Shown in pieces: positions 29,474-39,429 of a DNA stretch of 64,000 nucleotides. Source of the stretch: an uncultured Kofleriaceae bacterium (lineage in GTDB: Bacteria; Myxococcota_A; Polyangia; Haliangiales; Haliangiaceae); assembly GCA_964410875.1 (NCBI GenBank), contig CAYPIX010000005.1:4721-68720 (forward strand), given 5' to 3'. Each line of letters opens with the position of its first letter. The first letter of the stretch is position 1. A model generated the notes under the pieces. That model did not search any database, was not told the DNA's origin, and saw only the letters and a program-made list of their open reading frames with translations. A program made the translations under genes and the position numbers.

Positions 29474-30274
29474 GTGCGGAAATATATTTTTGCGTTGGTG
29501 GTATTAGCTGGGTGTGTCGGGGGAGACGAAGGCGACACAATTTCTTTTGATAGGCCGTCGATTTCTGAAGGGGCAATCGCACTGTACGATTTTGCGCCGC
29601 TTGACGGAGATATTCAGAATCGCATTGTCCCCGACCTAACCGAGAACGGAAACGATTTGTTCTTTGGAGGCGAATTTGACGTGGACGCCGAATGGGTTTT
29701 GGATGAAGAGGACCCGCTTGACAACGGAATTGCTTTTCTCGACAGGACCAGACTTCGAAGCGTAAGAAATATGACCAACATGACAGAAGCTTGCAACGAC
29801 ACAAGCTCTGTTACTATCGACGTAGTCGCGACCTCAGTTGGCGACCTGTCTGCTGGTACATTTGTTGAGTTTGCCAACCAGGAAGGCCGCGGTTTCAGGG
29901 TTAGGCACAATGGAACTCTTATTGAGGCCCTGGTTTCACATGGCGATGAAATAAATGGAAGCCCGCAATTTGCCTCCAATTCAGACATCTATGGTCTAGT
30001 ACGCAACCATATAGTAGTCCGCTCTGCACTGGGAGGAGCTGACGTTCACGTCGACCTCGATCGTGGCGAAACGCCTCGGCCAGGAAGCGATGGCCCTATG
30101 AATTGGGACAACGAGTTCGAACTCTACGTAGGCAACACCTTTAGCAACAATGACTCACTCGACCTTGGTACCACACTCCATCGGCTAGCGATTTATTGCG
30201 GCGAGCTTACAGACGAACAGCTCAGAGCAAATGCCGCTTCTGCGGGATTAGAAATCCCCGCAGAAGAAGAGTAA
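29474..30274 (+). CDS. Lipoprotein with a LamG/concanavalin-like C-terminal signature
   Basis: GTG 29474 follows a GGGGGGGAAG SD. The lipobox is VVLAGC. The C-terminal LHRLAIYCGELTDEQL resembles the LamG-domain end motif. Confidence 0.55.
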   Translation: MRKYIFALVVLAGCVGGDEGDTISFDRPSISEGAIALYDFAPLDGDIQNRIVPDLTENGNDLFFGGEFDVDAEWVLDEEDPLDNGIAFLDRTRLRSVRNMTNMTEACNDTSSVTIDVVATSVGDLSAGTFVEFANQEGRGFRVRHNGTLIEALVSHGDEINGSPQFASNSDIYGLVRNHIVVRSALGGADVHVDLDRGETPRPGSDGPMNWDNEFELYVGNTFSNNDSLDLGTTLHRLAIYCGELTDEQLRANAASAGLEIPAEEE

Positions 30275-30311
30275 TCAAAAGGTATTTTTTCCAATAACAA
30301 GAGGTCGAATT

Positions 30312-32144
30312 TTGAAAACAATCTTAGTAATAGCCGTAATTTCTGGCTCGGTGTTTCTCCCGAGCCTCGCGACTGCACAAACACGAACCGTTACATACAC
30401 CCAGCTTCGCAATGGTGATTACGCTGGAGAAGTTCAACGACTAGAGCCTCTGTCTTCTGGGCGAGTGCAAGCACAGGAACAGGTAGGGGCCGGTGGAGAA
30501 CATGCATCGACCGCCGTTTCCGGTCCTTTTGTTACGACCGCCGTTATTTCTTCCTACATGCGCGATGAAGACGGAGATGGCACTCCTGAAGTGCCAATGC
30601 CGGACATTATTCAGCTGGAAGGTTTTTTCGGTAGACTGTCAGCGACAGGAAGCATTGAACCCATTGAGGAATGCCCTCAGGGTCTAAAAGGCTTGGTTCT
30701 CACAAACAACTCGGGCGATCGATATCGAAACGGCCATGCTCCCAGAGTACTCACTCTAGGCGTCGCCGATGGCAAAGATGCCTCTGATCCTAGGCAACAT
30801 CTCTTTCGTATCAAGTACAACTATGCACCTGCGGATGAGGACGAAGAATCCAATGCACGCGCACGTTCGTATTCGAAGATTGTGAACGCCTGTGGTGAAG
30901 TGTTGTCCGTTGAACAAGAAGACGGACAGCTAGCAAGTCTCATCATCGCTAAAGAAAACGATGACTGCTCTGAGCACGACATGAAGCCCGAATTTCTCCA
31001 CAAAGACTACATCGACGGTGAATCTGGCGAGCGAGTACTAAACGTATTTGGTGTCTATGGCTGCAATGGCAATGGAAGAGACGACGGTTGGGCCAGCTAT
31101 GATGAAACTCGCTGCACATTTAGCGAAGAAGGAATTCCGAGTTCTTGTACAGGTGGGCAGCTCAGTGATGTTTCAATTATTACGCAAGAGCAACGCTCCC
31201 GAATGCTTGTAGAAGAGACCTCTGATCCCAACTTGATGGTCTATGTAGGGGTGGAGGGAAACACAAATCCACCCAATCAAGGTGTTGAGGTTGGCCTCGT
31301 ACGCATTGGTGAGGGAGGCGTTCTTGAGCAGGTATTTGAAGCGTATTACGCACGTTCGAGCCCTGGCAACGATCTCTATGAAACTGAGCCGCGCGGCTAT
31401 GGTTTAGTGGATGAGAACGGCGTCCCTACTGGCGTAATTCACATTACCAACACTCAAATCCACCGCGTCGATAACCGTACTAAAGGCGAAGCGAGGATGC
31501 TCGCTGGGCGAGTGCAAGTCGACGTTGAAGAGCAGACTATTTCCATTCTCAATCAACGGCAGTCGGTACATGATGTCATGCCCGGGCTTGAAGCCACCCA
31601 TGTCGGCGAGTGCGCCGTAGACAATGCTGGTCTCATCCTCAGCAGTTCCCATTCAGGTAATCACGAGAACCCGATGGTTGGCTTCTTGTATAACTGGACG
31701 CTGAACGACGATGTTCAACAGGCGAACCTAACGAACCTTGGTCAAACAAACCTAGTGGCGGCCCATGATAACCGATACATATCGAACATATTGGGCAACA
31801 ACCCGCGGAACCAAGGGAAGAACTTCCTTGGTTGCAAGGAAGTACCTAATCCATATTTCAATGTCGATGACGCGGATAACAAATGCGCAAAGACGTTAGT
31901 CGTGATGGGTGTTAACCCTCGTGAGGTTCGCGAGGGGACAAATATTCCATTCGACAAGCTAAGCACTGGGATTGTTGTTACTTCAGGTGTAATCGACGGC
32001 GATTGTGCTGGTACGGCCGGTGGAAACACGGGCGGAAGCGGCTCCGGTGGAGGTTGCTCAACCGGCCAAAACAGCTCAGCGGTTGGCCTATTGGCCTTCC
32101 TTGGGCTGATTGCTTGGCGTAGACGTCGGAATGAAGCAGTTTAG
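30312..32144 (+). CDS. Large exported protein with a MYXO-CTERM-like tail, unknown family
   Basis: 610-aa ORF with a TTG start after AAGAGG. The signal peptide ends in ATAQ. The C-terminus is GGGCSTGQNSSAVGLLAFLGLIAWRRRR. Confidence 0.7.
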   Translation: MKTILVIAVISGSVFLPSLATAQTRTVTYTQLRNGDYAGEVQRLEPLSSGRVQAQEQVGAGGEHASTAVSGPFVTTAVISSYMRDEDGDGTPEVPMPDIIQLEGFFGRLSATGSIEPIEECPQGLKGLVLTNNSGDRYRNGHAPRVLTLGVADGKDASDPRQHLFRIKYNYAPADEDEESNARARSYSKIVNACGEVLSVEQEDGQLASLIIAKENDDCSEHDMKPEFLHKDYIDGESGERVLNVFGVYGCNGNGRDDGWASYDETRCTFSEEGIPSSCTGGQLSDVSIITQEQRSRMLVEETSDPNLMVYVGVEGNTNPPNQGVEVGLVRIGEGGVLEQVFEAYYARSSPGNDLYETEPRGYGLVDENGVPTGVIHITNTQIHRVDNRTKGEARMLAGRVQVDVEEQTISILNQRQSVHDVMPGLEATHVGECAVDNAGLILSSSHSGNHENPMVGFLYNWTLNDDVQQANLTNLGQTNLVAAHDNRYISNILGNNPRNQGKNFLGCKEVPNPYFNVDDADNKCAKTLVVMGVNPREVREGTNIPFDKLSTGIVVTSGVIDGDCAGTAGGNTGGSGSGGGCSTGQNSSAVGLLAFLGLIAWRRRRNEAV

Positions 32145-32157
32145 ACAGGGGAACTAC

Positions 32158-32964
32158 ATGAAAAAGCCGAGATGGTTATTAGTTTGTATTACCGCTTTGC
32201 TTGCGCCTCTTGGGTGCGAGAGCGGCGGACCGCAAACAATCAGCGGAAACAATGCACAGCCCGTTTATGAATCTACTGTGAGCCCTCTTTTGGCTCGATG
32301 CGAAGGCGGGCCCTGCCATTCTGGGGCCGCGGATGAAGCGCCGACCAAATTTTGCGGTGACGGAGGAGGCTGCAGTTACGCTTCTGTCATTTCATTTCCA
32401 GTCATAGATAACTTCGGCAGAAATCCAAGTTTGATCTCAAGGGTTTCCTCCGAGCACTTTGGGACTTCTTTTAATGAAGAGGAGAAACAGAAAATATTGG
32501 CTTGGCTTTCAGCCGAGAGGGAAGCTAGAGGTGGCGTAGTCGATGTCCCCACTATAGCCAGCCCTGCATTCCAGCGTTTTTTCGACTGCATGACAATGGA
32601 GGAGTGGGATTTACATGACATGGGTGACTGGTCTGCCAAAGACACCAATAGCAACAATGGTGACGACACCTGCGCCACTTGTCACTCAGACTTTCAGTTT
32701 GGGTTTCACACTCCAAGGATCAATCAGGAGATGTTTGATGACCACAAAGACAACATCAACCTCGCTGGCTATTCCTTCATCATAGAAGATGTAAACCCAC
32801 TTAGTGGGACATCCACGATTCGCCCTGCCCACGCCAAGCTTATGCGCATGGCAACTGGTGCGCACCCACGATTTTCTTACGATGTTGCGGACGCAAACCG
32901 TATTGATCTAGACAACTGGGTTGAGGCGGTCAACAGGCGTATAGAGGAGGACGATTGTCCATGA
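32158..32964 (+). CDS. Lipoprotein with CXXCH and C-x4-CH motifs (putative haem c protein), paralog A
   Basis: Internal start MKKPRWLLVCITALLAPLGC. It has CEGGPCHSG in the N-terminal part and CATCH in the C-terminal domain shared with the next gene. Confidence 0.6.
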   Translation: MKKPRWLLVCITALLAPLGCESGGPQTISGNNAQPVYESTVSPLLARCEGGPCHSGAADEAPTKFCGDGGGCSYASVISFPVIDNFGRNPSLISRVSSEHFGTSFNEEEKQKILAWLSAEREARGGVVDVPTIASPAFQRFFDCMTMEEWDLHDMGDWSAKDTNSNNGDDTCATCHSDFQFGFHTPRINQEMFDDHKDNINLAGYSFIIEDVNPLSGTSTIRPAHAKLMRMATGAHPRFSYDVADANRIDLDNWVEAVNRRIEEDDCP

Positions 32965-33500
32965 GGGGAACTTGTATGCAGAAATCATATGCAACAATTG
33001 GTTTGGCAATCTTCTTTGCTGTGGGATGCACAGGCGAATTTGAGGATGTTGGACCTCAGACCATCTCAAATGTTGACCCATTGGCAGTGTGGTCTTCCTG
33101 TATGAATTTTGATGATTGGGAAGAGTCTGGAATGGGCTCATGGGCCACAAAGCCGGCATTTGGCGGTGTCGTCTGCGCATCTTGTCACCTCTATGGTCAA
33201 GGCGGGTTCCGCACAGATGAAGAAAGCTTGCACATGTTTGAATTCAACCGATTCAGCACAATGATCGGTGGTTTCTTTGTGGCAATGGACGGAAGAGTCG
33301 AAGGTGCTGTGCAGCAACTCCAATCAGTAGGGATGGGAGCTGGCCTTCACCCCACTTACCCAACAGGTGGAGTCAACGGCGTGGGAGATCCCCATTTTGA
33401 CAGCCTAAACGAATTTGTTCGCTTGACCCAGCAACGAGTTGATCAAGGGGATTGCAGCGGTGGTGGCTATCCTAGCGAATTGCCCGTCTTCGAGGAATGA
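32961..33500 (+). CDS. Lipoprotein with a CXXCH motif, paralog B
   Basis: The ATG forms an ATGA overlap with the upstream stop. The lipobox is FFAVGC and the haem motif is CASCH. It is colinear with the C-terminal domain of paralog A (CM..(D/E)W...MG.W..K...C..CH...GF.T...MF...HP...DC). Confidence 0.6.
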   Translation: MRGTCMQKSYATIGLAIFFAVGCTGEFEDVGPQTISNVDPLAVWSSCMNFDDWEESGMGSWATKPAFGGVVCASCHLYGQGGFRTDEESLHMFEFNRFSTMIGGFFVAMDGRVEGAVQQLQSVGMGAGLHPTYPTGGVNGVGDPHFDSLNEFVRLTQQRVDQGDCSGGGYPSELPVFEE

Positions 33501-33504
33501 CCTG

Positions 33505-34488
33505 TCAATCAGCCCTGAGCGGCCTGGTTCTCTCAGGCTGCGGTGTTGAATAAAGTGCAAGAGCGTGTGCGGGGACCTTATCGTCCCCAATTAGAACTTC
33601 GCCTTTTGTTTGTGGTGTCACCGAAAACACCAGGGAACGTAGTCGCTCTCCCGAATACCTTCTCCCCCGTCGTTCGTTGTGCAGGATTTCAACCAAGACG
33701 ACCTCGTCGGAAGAAATGCCGCGCAGCTTGAGGGTCTTGAGTAGGTTCCAATAAGGTACCCCTTCCTTGTAATTCATGACTTGCGCGTTGGTTTCGTTGA
33801 AATCCCGACGTTTAAGAATGGTTACAATGCGGTCATCCAGATAGACTCGGATCCCGCCCCGAATCGGTTCCTTCTGATATGGAATTCCCACGAATGTTTT
33901 TCCGTCCATTATCATGACATCCCTGTCATTGATTACTGGGGGCTTCTTGTCCACATAGGCCATCAAACTACTCACCTTGTCAAAGGTTGTGTTCGCGGAA
34001 TAGGTGGGAGGAGCAACCAAAAGGGGTTTGCCCTCGGTTTCGCGGGCGAATCGAAAGCCCAATAGCCCCTTGTACTCGCGAAGCTCGCGCCCAGTAATCC
34101 GTAGAATGAACCCCGCGCCTCCCATCACATGGAGCTCTTTGACTTTGCCAAGAGGTACCCCAACCGATCGCAAATAATCTGCAAATCGGTACCGTCGCGC
34201 TTTTTGCTGGCTGCCGTCTGTATACGTCTCCGACTTCCAGTGTGGCTTAAGTGTCGGTGGAATCTCAGAGAACCATAATGCGCCTATGGGTTTGCCATCC
34301 ACATACACCATTGGGTCCTTGAACCTGGCCCTGCCATGCTGATGTTCGTTTGGAATGTGCGCGTCTGTTTTTTTCTCAGATGGAACCGTTTGTTTAACGT
34401 TCGAAGAAGAGTCGCCCTGCCCTTCGCTTTTCGGCTTCCCGCATGACACCGAGCAAAGAATTGCGATGACTATGCTCCAAACTTTCAT
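33505..34488 (-). CDS. Exported protein or lipoprotein, unknown family
   Basis: 327-aa ORF with N-terminus MKVWSIVIAILCSVSCG. I recognised no motif. Confidence 0.55.
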   Translation of the reverse strand: MKVWSIVIAILCSVSCGKPKSEGQGDSSSNVKQTVPSEKKTDAHIPNEHQHGRARFKDPMVYVDGKPIGALWFSEIPPTLKPHWKSETYTDGSQQKARRYRFADYLRSVGVPLGKVKELHVMGGAGFILRITGRELREYKGLLGFRFARETEGKPLLVAPPTYSANTTFDKVSSLMAYVDKKPPVINDRDVMIMDGKTFVGIPYQKEPIRGGIRVYLDDRIVTILKRRDFNETNAQVMNYKEGVPYWNLLKTLKLRGISSDEVVLVEILHNERRGRRYSGERLRSLVFSVTPQTKGEVLIGDDKVPAHALALYSTPQPERTRPLRAD

Positions 34489-34655
34489 GGACTGATTATG
34501 CCAGGCCGAGCTCTATCGAAATAGCTCTGGTGCTAGCAAAGTCGATAGGTAAACACCTTTACTTGTTGGGAACAGAGGGCAAGCGTTCATGCGCTTATTC
34601 AGTTTAATAACGCGGAAAATTTGACCTTGTTGCGACACCATCCGAACCTAGGAGT

Positions 34656-35357
34656 ATGAATATAGGCAGACGCACCATGGCCGAGTTGTTTGGAACTTTT
34701 TGGCTCGTTTTTGGGGGCTGTGGTAGCGCTCTTTTCGCGGCGGGCTTCCCCGAAGTTGGCATTGGCTTCGTCGGCGTCTCTCTCGCATTTGGTTTGACTG
34801 TACTGACCATGGCCTACGCAATAGGCCACGTGTCGGGTTGCCACCTTAATCCTGCCGTCACTTTGGGCTTGGTTGCTGGGCGACGTTTTCCCGCCAAAGA
34901 CGCCCTACCTTACATCGTTGCGCAGCTTATCGGCGCTACCGCCGCGGCAGGTGCCCTATATACAATTGCGAATGGAGCAGTTGGTTTCAGCCTTGATGGT
35001 GGATTTGCTGCCAATGGTTTTGCGGACCACTCTCCCGGTAATTACTCAATGATGGCAGCGTTTTTAGCAGAGGCAATCCTGACCGCTTTCTTCTTGTTCG
35101 TTATTCTGGGGGCCACTGATTCTCGAGCACCCGCAGGCTTCGCGCCCATTGCGATTGGACTCTGCCTGACCCTTATCCACCTCATTTCTATCCCCATCAC
35201 CAACACGTCTGTGAACCCCGCAAGATCGACGAGCCAAGCACTGTTCGTTGGCGACTGGGCCGTCTCGCAACTGTGGCTGTTTTGGGTTGCACCAATAGTC
35301 GGCGCGATCGCTGCCGGAATTCTCTACCCGCTTATTTGCGGGAACAACAAAAACTAG
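34656..35357 (+). CDS. aqpZ: Aquaporin Z
   Basis: 233-aa ORF with two NPA boxes ([10 protein letters not shown] and NTSVNPARS) and six hydrophobic helices. Confidence 0.95.
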   Translation: MNIGRRTMAELFGTFWLVFGGCGSALFAAGFPEVGIGFVGVSLAFGLTVLTMAYAIGHVSGCHLNPAVTLGLVAGRRFPAKDALPYIVAQLIGATAAAGALYTIANGAVGFSLDGGFAANGFADHSPGNYSMMAAFLAEAILTAFFLFVILGATDSRAPAGFAPIAIGLCLTLIHLISIPITNTSVNPARSTSQALFVGDWAVSQLWLFWVAPIVGAIAAGILYPLICGNNKN

Positions 35358-35636
35358 CCTTACGCTAGCTAGACCTCATCCGACTGTAGGTGACATCTTT
35401 TGTATTTTTTCTGGCTCCCACACCAGCACGGTTCATTGCGCCCCGGTCGAGCTACACGCCTAGCAGGTTCCTTGGGCTTGCCATGATTACACCCCGGGCC
35501 ATGCACATGGGGAGTGCCAAAACCTTCTTCGCTCATTAGGTCAACCTACTTCGACACGCTTTCCGTTCGCAACCAATACCTTTTTCTCATCATTTGACTG
35601 CGAATAGAGCTAGTTACCAAAGCCTGTCGTGATGCC

Positions 35637-36383
35637 ATGGTACAACTTTGTATGGGATGGATGAGACGAATCACGATTTTAGGCTGCCTTGCAGCCCTAC
35701 CAGTTACAGCTTCCGCAGCACCGAGCAACGATGCGAAGGCGCTTGAAAAAGCACTCAACAGCTTGACGACAGTCGCGTTAAACGCGGCCGATGACGCAGC
35801 AAAACAAGGCGCAAATTTGGCGACCGTACGCCGAGACAACGTGGCCGACGAAGCTTCGATTTTGAGGTTTGCTGTGCACCGACAGGTATTTCGCGCCATC
35901 GTCCTTGGTTACTCAAACCTTCAAGTTAATCAACAGCTGCAGTCTTTGCAAAATGACTTGATGGATCTAGACAATGCGGTTTCCGCTAAAGGGACGGGTC
36001 TCGCCATATTCAACGCCTATAAAGATGTGCTCACGGCGTGGGACAAACTTGAAAACTCTCTCGCTGGTGTGGGTACTAATTCTTTTGTCGGATCGTGTGT
36101 CGGTAAGTTTGGCGGCAATTTTTTCAACAAGAAAACCCATGTCGAGTGTTCTGCCAAAGGTTTGGGCGCATTTGCGTATCGTGTGGAATTTCAAAACCAA
36201 GTCTCCGGACAAACGGTATCAGCAACGGTCAAAGGCTTGTTAAGCCCATTGAAGTTCCACCAGACTTTCTCATCACAGTCTGTATCAGTGGGGAACTACG
36301 CCCAATTCAGAGTCTACGTCGTAGACAAGTCAAACACGAGCCACCTGGTCGCCACAGGCCAAGCATCAGGAAACCCCTTCTAA
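35637..36383 (+). CDS. Secreted protein, unknown family
   Basis: 248-aa ORF with signal peptide ...ILGCLAALPVTASA. Confidence 0.5.
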   Translation: MVQLCMGWMRRITILGCLAALPVTASAAPSNDAKALEKALNSLTTVALNAADDAAKQGANLATVRRDNVADEASILRFAVHRQVFRAIVLGYSNLQVNQQLQSLQNDLMDLDNAVSAKGTGLAIFNAYKDVLTAWDKLENSLAGVGTNSFVGSCVGKFGGNFFNKKTHVECSAKGLGAFAYRVEFQNQVSGQTVSATVKGLLSPLKFHQTFSSQSVSVGNYAQFRVYVVDKSNTSHLVATGQASGNPF

Positions 36384-36387
36384 TATC

Positions 36388-36403
36388 AGCCCCGATCGGG
36401 GCT
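36388..36403. terminator. Palindromic hairpin between convergent genes
   Basis: Perfect palindrome AGCCCCGATCGGGGCT lying 5 nt after the stop at 36383. There is no T-run. Confidence 0.35.
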
Positions 36404-36453
36404 AGGGCTTCCGGACCGAAACGTGAGGGGCACATGGGAGACCAAGTTTGGCT

Positions 36454-36960
36454 TTAGAGCACAGTCAGCGAGAATGTCGCTTGCTCGAGAAGAACACCCT
36501 CACGACCGTCGGGTGTTCTCCGACGAATTTCGTAGCTAAACTGATTCGCGCCTTCGACGACCTCGAGCCCACCGAGTGAGTATTCCCCGACAAAGAGGAC
36601 GAATTCGGGGTCGCCCACGTAAAACTCTTCAAGCTCTACATCCCCGGTAGTTTGGTTCTCGATCCGCACTAAGAGGTCTTCGTCGCCATAGGTAGGCCAT
36701 CCCACTGAGAGCACCCGGTAGTTTCCTTCCTCAGAAGCAACTAGCGAGACCGACTCGCAACCATCGGGCCCGATGTAGACTCCAGTATCGACTAAAGCAC
36801 GCCCGGTGGGCGCACATAAGACCTCGCGGTTGTCCGCATTGGGGTCCAGGCCACTTGACCGGTCCGCACCGAGGCCACAAGCGCTAACTAGAAACACGCC
36901 GGCAAGAAGAAGGCTTTGAGAAGTACGCATAGCTCGTGGTAATCGCAACATTCGCGCCAA
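36454..36960 (-). CDS. Lipoprotein, unknown family
   Basis: 168-aa ORF with lipobox FLVSAC. Confidence 0.55.
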   Translation of the reverse strand: MARMLRLPRAMRTSQSLLLAGVFLVSACGLGADRSSGLDPNADNREVLCAPTGRALVDTGVYIGPDGCESVSLVASEEGNYRVLSVGWPTYGDEDLLVRIENQTTGDVELEEFYVGDPEFVLFVGEYSLGGLEVVEGANQFSYEIRRRTPDGREGVLLEQATFSLTVL

Positions 36961-37181
36961 CGCTCTGAACGTTGCATTTCAAGGTCTTATCGCCGCCTCT
37001 GTGAACAAACCAACTGGGCTACCAAAGTCGCCACCTTGCCTATCTAGACGGATCGACAAAGTCGTCGATGGTTCCAAAGTCGATTTGCCCCAAGTAAGCC
37101 CACAGCTTCTTTTTTGTCTGCCGGATCAACCTGAAACCACACTTCCATTCCCAAAACCACAAGCTGTGATAGGACGTCCCG

Positions 37182-37940
37182 GTGTTAAGGGTATCTTCAT
37201 GGCTCTTCTTCGTTACTCTATCGGCGTTCGGTCTGGGCTGCCAGGGAGAAACCAACCCCTCCGGCGAAGACCGAAACGGTGGCTGGCCGCAAACCACAAA
37301 TCAGTATGCAGATACAGTGGTCGATGCCCCCGGGAACACGGGCGAGGGTTTTCTAGACGCCCACCGAGCCGTCAATGGCGTGTTTGGAGAAGGAGACGAA
37401 AACGGCAGCACCGACGTCTTTTCGCTTGGCTTCCAGAACGATGTTAACAACTACGTCGTGCTGTCATGGGGCGGCCGCGAAGTAAAAAACGGACCGGGCG
37501 TCGACTTCAAGGTATTCGAGAATCCATTTAAATACCCAGGGGGGACCTTTATGGACCAAACGGTTGTCGAACTCTCGCGCGATGGCATTCTTTGGGTCAC
37601 CTACCCTCACGACTACCTTGGTACCGACGAGACCCTCTACCTTGAACGACCTGAGCTTTGGGAAGGCTTCGCCGGGTGTAAAACGTTTTGGTATAATGAA
37701 GAAAGTAGCGCCGGCGGCCCGTTCGCATCTGGTTCCGGCGGTGACGAATTCGACCTCGACAAACTGGACCCAAGAGCCCCCGGAGCCGCCCAGATCATCC
37801 TAGATGGCTTCCTGTTTATCCGATTGGTAAGCGCTGGAACCGTTGTGAATCCAGACACCAACTTGCCATTTGCTGTTGACCCCCTATCTGATGGACCAGA
37901 CATCGACGGAGTCTACGGGCGCTACGTCACCGAGAAATAG
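37182..37940 (+). CDS. Lipoprotein, unknown family
   Basis: 252-aa ORF with N-terminus MLRVSSWLFFVTLSAFGLGC. Confidence 0.55.
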   Translation: MLRVSSWLFFVTLSAFGLGCQGETNPSGEDRNGGWPQTTNQYADTVVDAPGNTGEGFLDAHRAVNGVFGEGDENGSTDVFSLGFQNDVNNYVVLSWGGREVKNGPGVDFKVFENPFKYPGGTFMDQTVVELSRDGILWVTYPHDYLGTDETLYLERPELWEGFAGCKTFWYNEESSAGGPFASGSGGDEFDLDKLDPRAPGAAQIILDGFLFIRLVSAGTVVNPDTNLPFAVDPLSDGPDIDGVYGRYVTEK

Positions 37941-37953
37941 CACTCAATAGGCC

Positions 37954-38445
37954 CTACGAAAGAGCAGCCAACGCAGACGCGTAATCAGGCTCTTGAGCGA
38001 TTTCAGGAACCAACTCTGTGTAAACCACCTTATTGTCGCCGTTAAGCACCACAATGGCCCGGGCAAAGAGACCGGCAAGAGGCCCGTCTTTCATTCGAAC
38101 TCCGTACTTGTCACCAAACTCGGGATCACGATAACTGGAAAGCGCTTCCACGTTTTCGAGTCCTTCCGCTCCGCAAAAACGCTTGAAAGCAAAAGGTAGG
38201 TCAGCCGATATATTGATCACCGTTGCCGACTCCGCTCCCTTTTTGTTGAATTCTTTGACCGAGGCTGCACACACAGGCGTGTCGATGCTTGGAAAAAGAC
38301 TGAGAATTTTCGACCCAGAAAAAGTTGCCAGAGTCGCTTCAGACAAATCTTGCCGCACAAGGCGAAAGTCAGGAGCAGTGCTGCCCGTACTCGGAAGAGT
38401 ACCAACGGTTTGTATGGGGTTTCCCTTAAGCGTTATCGAAGCCAT
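37954..38445 (-). CDS. tpx: Thiol peroxidase (Tpx-type peroxiredoxin)
   Basis: Start at MASITLKGNP within ORF 37954-38505. It has FPSIDTPVC with the peroxidatic Cys and the FCGAEG region. Confidence 0.9.
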   Translation of the reverse strand: MASITLKGNPIQTVGTLPSTGSTAPDFRLVRQDLSEATLATFSGSKILSLFPSIDTPVCAASVKEFNKKGAESATVINISADLPFAFKRFCGAEGLENVEALSSYRDPEFGDKYGVRMKDGPLAGLFARAIVVLNGDNKVVYTELVPEIAQEPDYASALAALS

Positions 38446-38534
38446 GGCCACCGAACGTGCCATGACATCCAGCGCAATGCGAGCGCCAAGAGAGCGCAGG
38501 CGCACTTTTGTTTTTTGTTAACCTCTTTTGAACA

Positions 38535-39416
38535 ATGAAAAAGCTGCGAAGACTCAACGAGCTGTGGAGCTTCTTACCTGCATTCCGCGCGGCTGCAGAG
38601 ACTGAGCACTTACCAAGTGCCGCGGAAGGACTTGGCATCACAGCTCCAGCTGTCTCACGCAGCATCAAGCTTCTCGAAGAACAAATGGGATGCGCTCTCT
38701 TTGAACGCCGGGGTCGTCGCATCGTCTTATCAGACGCAGGGGCAACTTTTCTATCCCATCTTCGTGACGCCATGAGATTGCTAGACGATGCCATCGAACG
38801 AATTTCCGGTTCTATGCAGGAGGGCAACATCCGCGTTGCAGCGAACGGGGCTCTCGCTGAATTAATTTTGCTACCAGCTATGCAAGCACTCACCGCTAAA
38901 CATCCAAAGCTGGCGCCAGCAGTTTCCGAACAAGATAACAAGGAAACTTATACGGAGCTTTTGACGGGTCGTTTAGACGTTCTGGTTTCCTGCCAACCGA
39001 AACCACACGAAGATCTTAATGTAGAGCGGCTCACCGATCTCTACTACAGCATCTATTGTCCGGAGGGCCATCCACTCCAAGACAAGAAAAACCTGTCAAT
39101 GGAAGAAGTGGTTGCTCACCCATTCGTTTCCACTTCGAAAAACTCGGACGACGGATGGCCTCCAGAAATTGACAGAAAAACTGCACTCGAAGTATGGGCC
39201 AACGATGTCCTTCCTCACGTTTGCTCGACCGGGAACTACCTCGTTATGTTGCCAGAGAAGCGCGCCGAACGTACCAATCTTTGCAAAGTAGACGCTCCCA
39301 TCAGACCTATGCAGACGGTATACTCAATTTTCCGGAAGCCTTTGGGACCAGAGAACCGTACAGGACTTGCTGTGGCTGCAATCAAGCAAGTCGGAGAAGC
39401 CTTGTCTATAAATTGA
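38535..39416 (+). CDS. LysR-family transcriptional regulator
   Basis: 293-aa ORF with N-terminal HTH FRAAAETEHLPSAAEGLGITAPAVSRSIKLLEEQMG. It is divergent from tpx. Confidence 0.9.
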   Translation: MKKLRRLNELWSFLPAFRAAAETEHLPSAAEGLGITAPAVSRSIKLLEEQMGCALFERRGRRIVLSDAGATFLSHLRDAMRLLDDAIERISGSMQEGNIRVAANGALAELILLPAMQALTAKHPKLAPAVSEQDNKETYTELLTGRLDVLVSCQPKPHEDLNVERLTDLYYSIYCPEGHPLQDKKNLSMEEVVAHPFVSTSKNSDDGWPPEIDRKTALEVWANDVLPHVCSTGNYLVMLPEKRAERTNLCKVDAPIRPMQTVYSIFRKPLGPENRTGLAVAAIKQVGEALSIN

Positions 39417-39429
39417 CTCTGTTCAAGAC

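Noticed and set aside
37001-37447. 148-aa Arg/Pro-rich ORF overlapping the start of the lipoprotein gene 37182-37940
   Set aside because: It is out of frame with a better-supported lipoprotein ORF and has a highly basic low-complexity sequence. It lies in a divergent promoter region.
38426-38941. 171-aa minus-strand ORF overlapping the LysR regulator gene
   Set aside because: It is antisense to a gene with a textbook LysR HTH. Its Ala/Ser/Arg-rich composition is typical of shadow frames and shows no motif.
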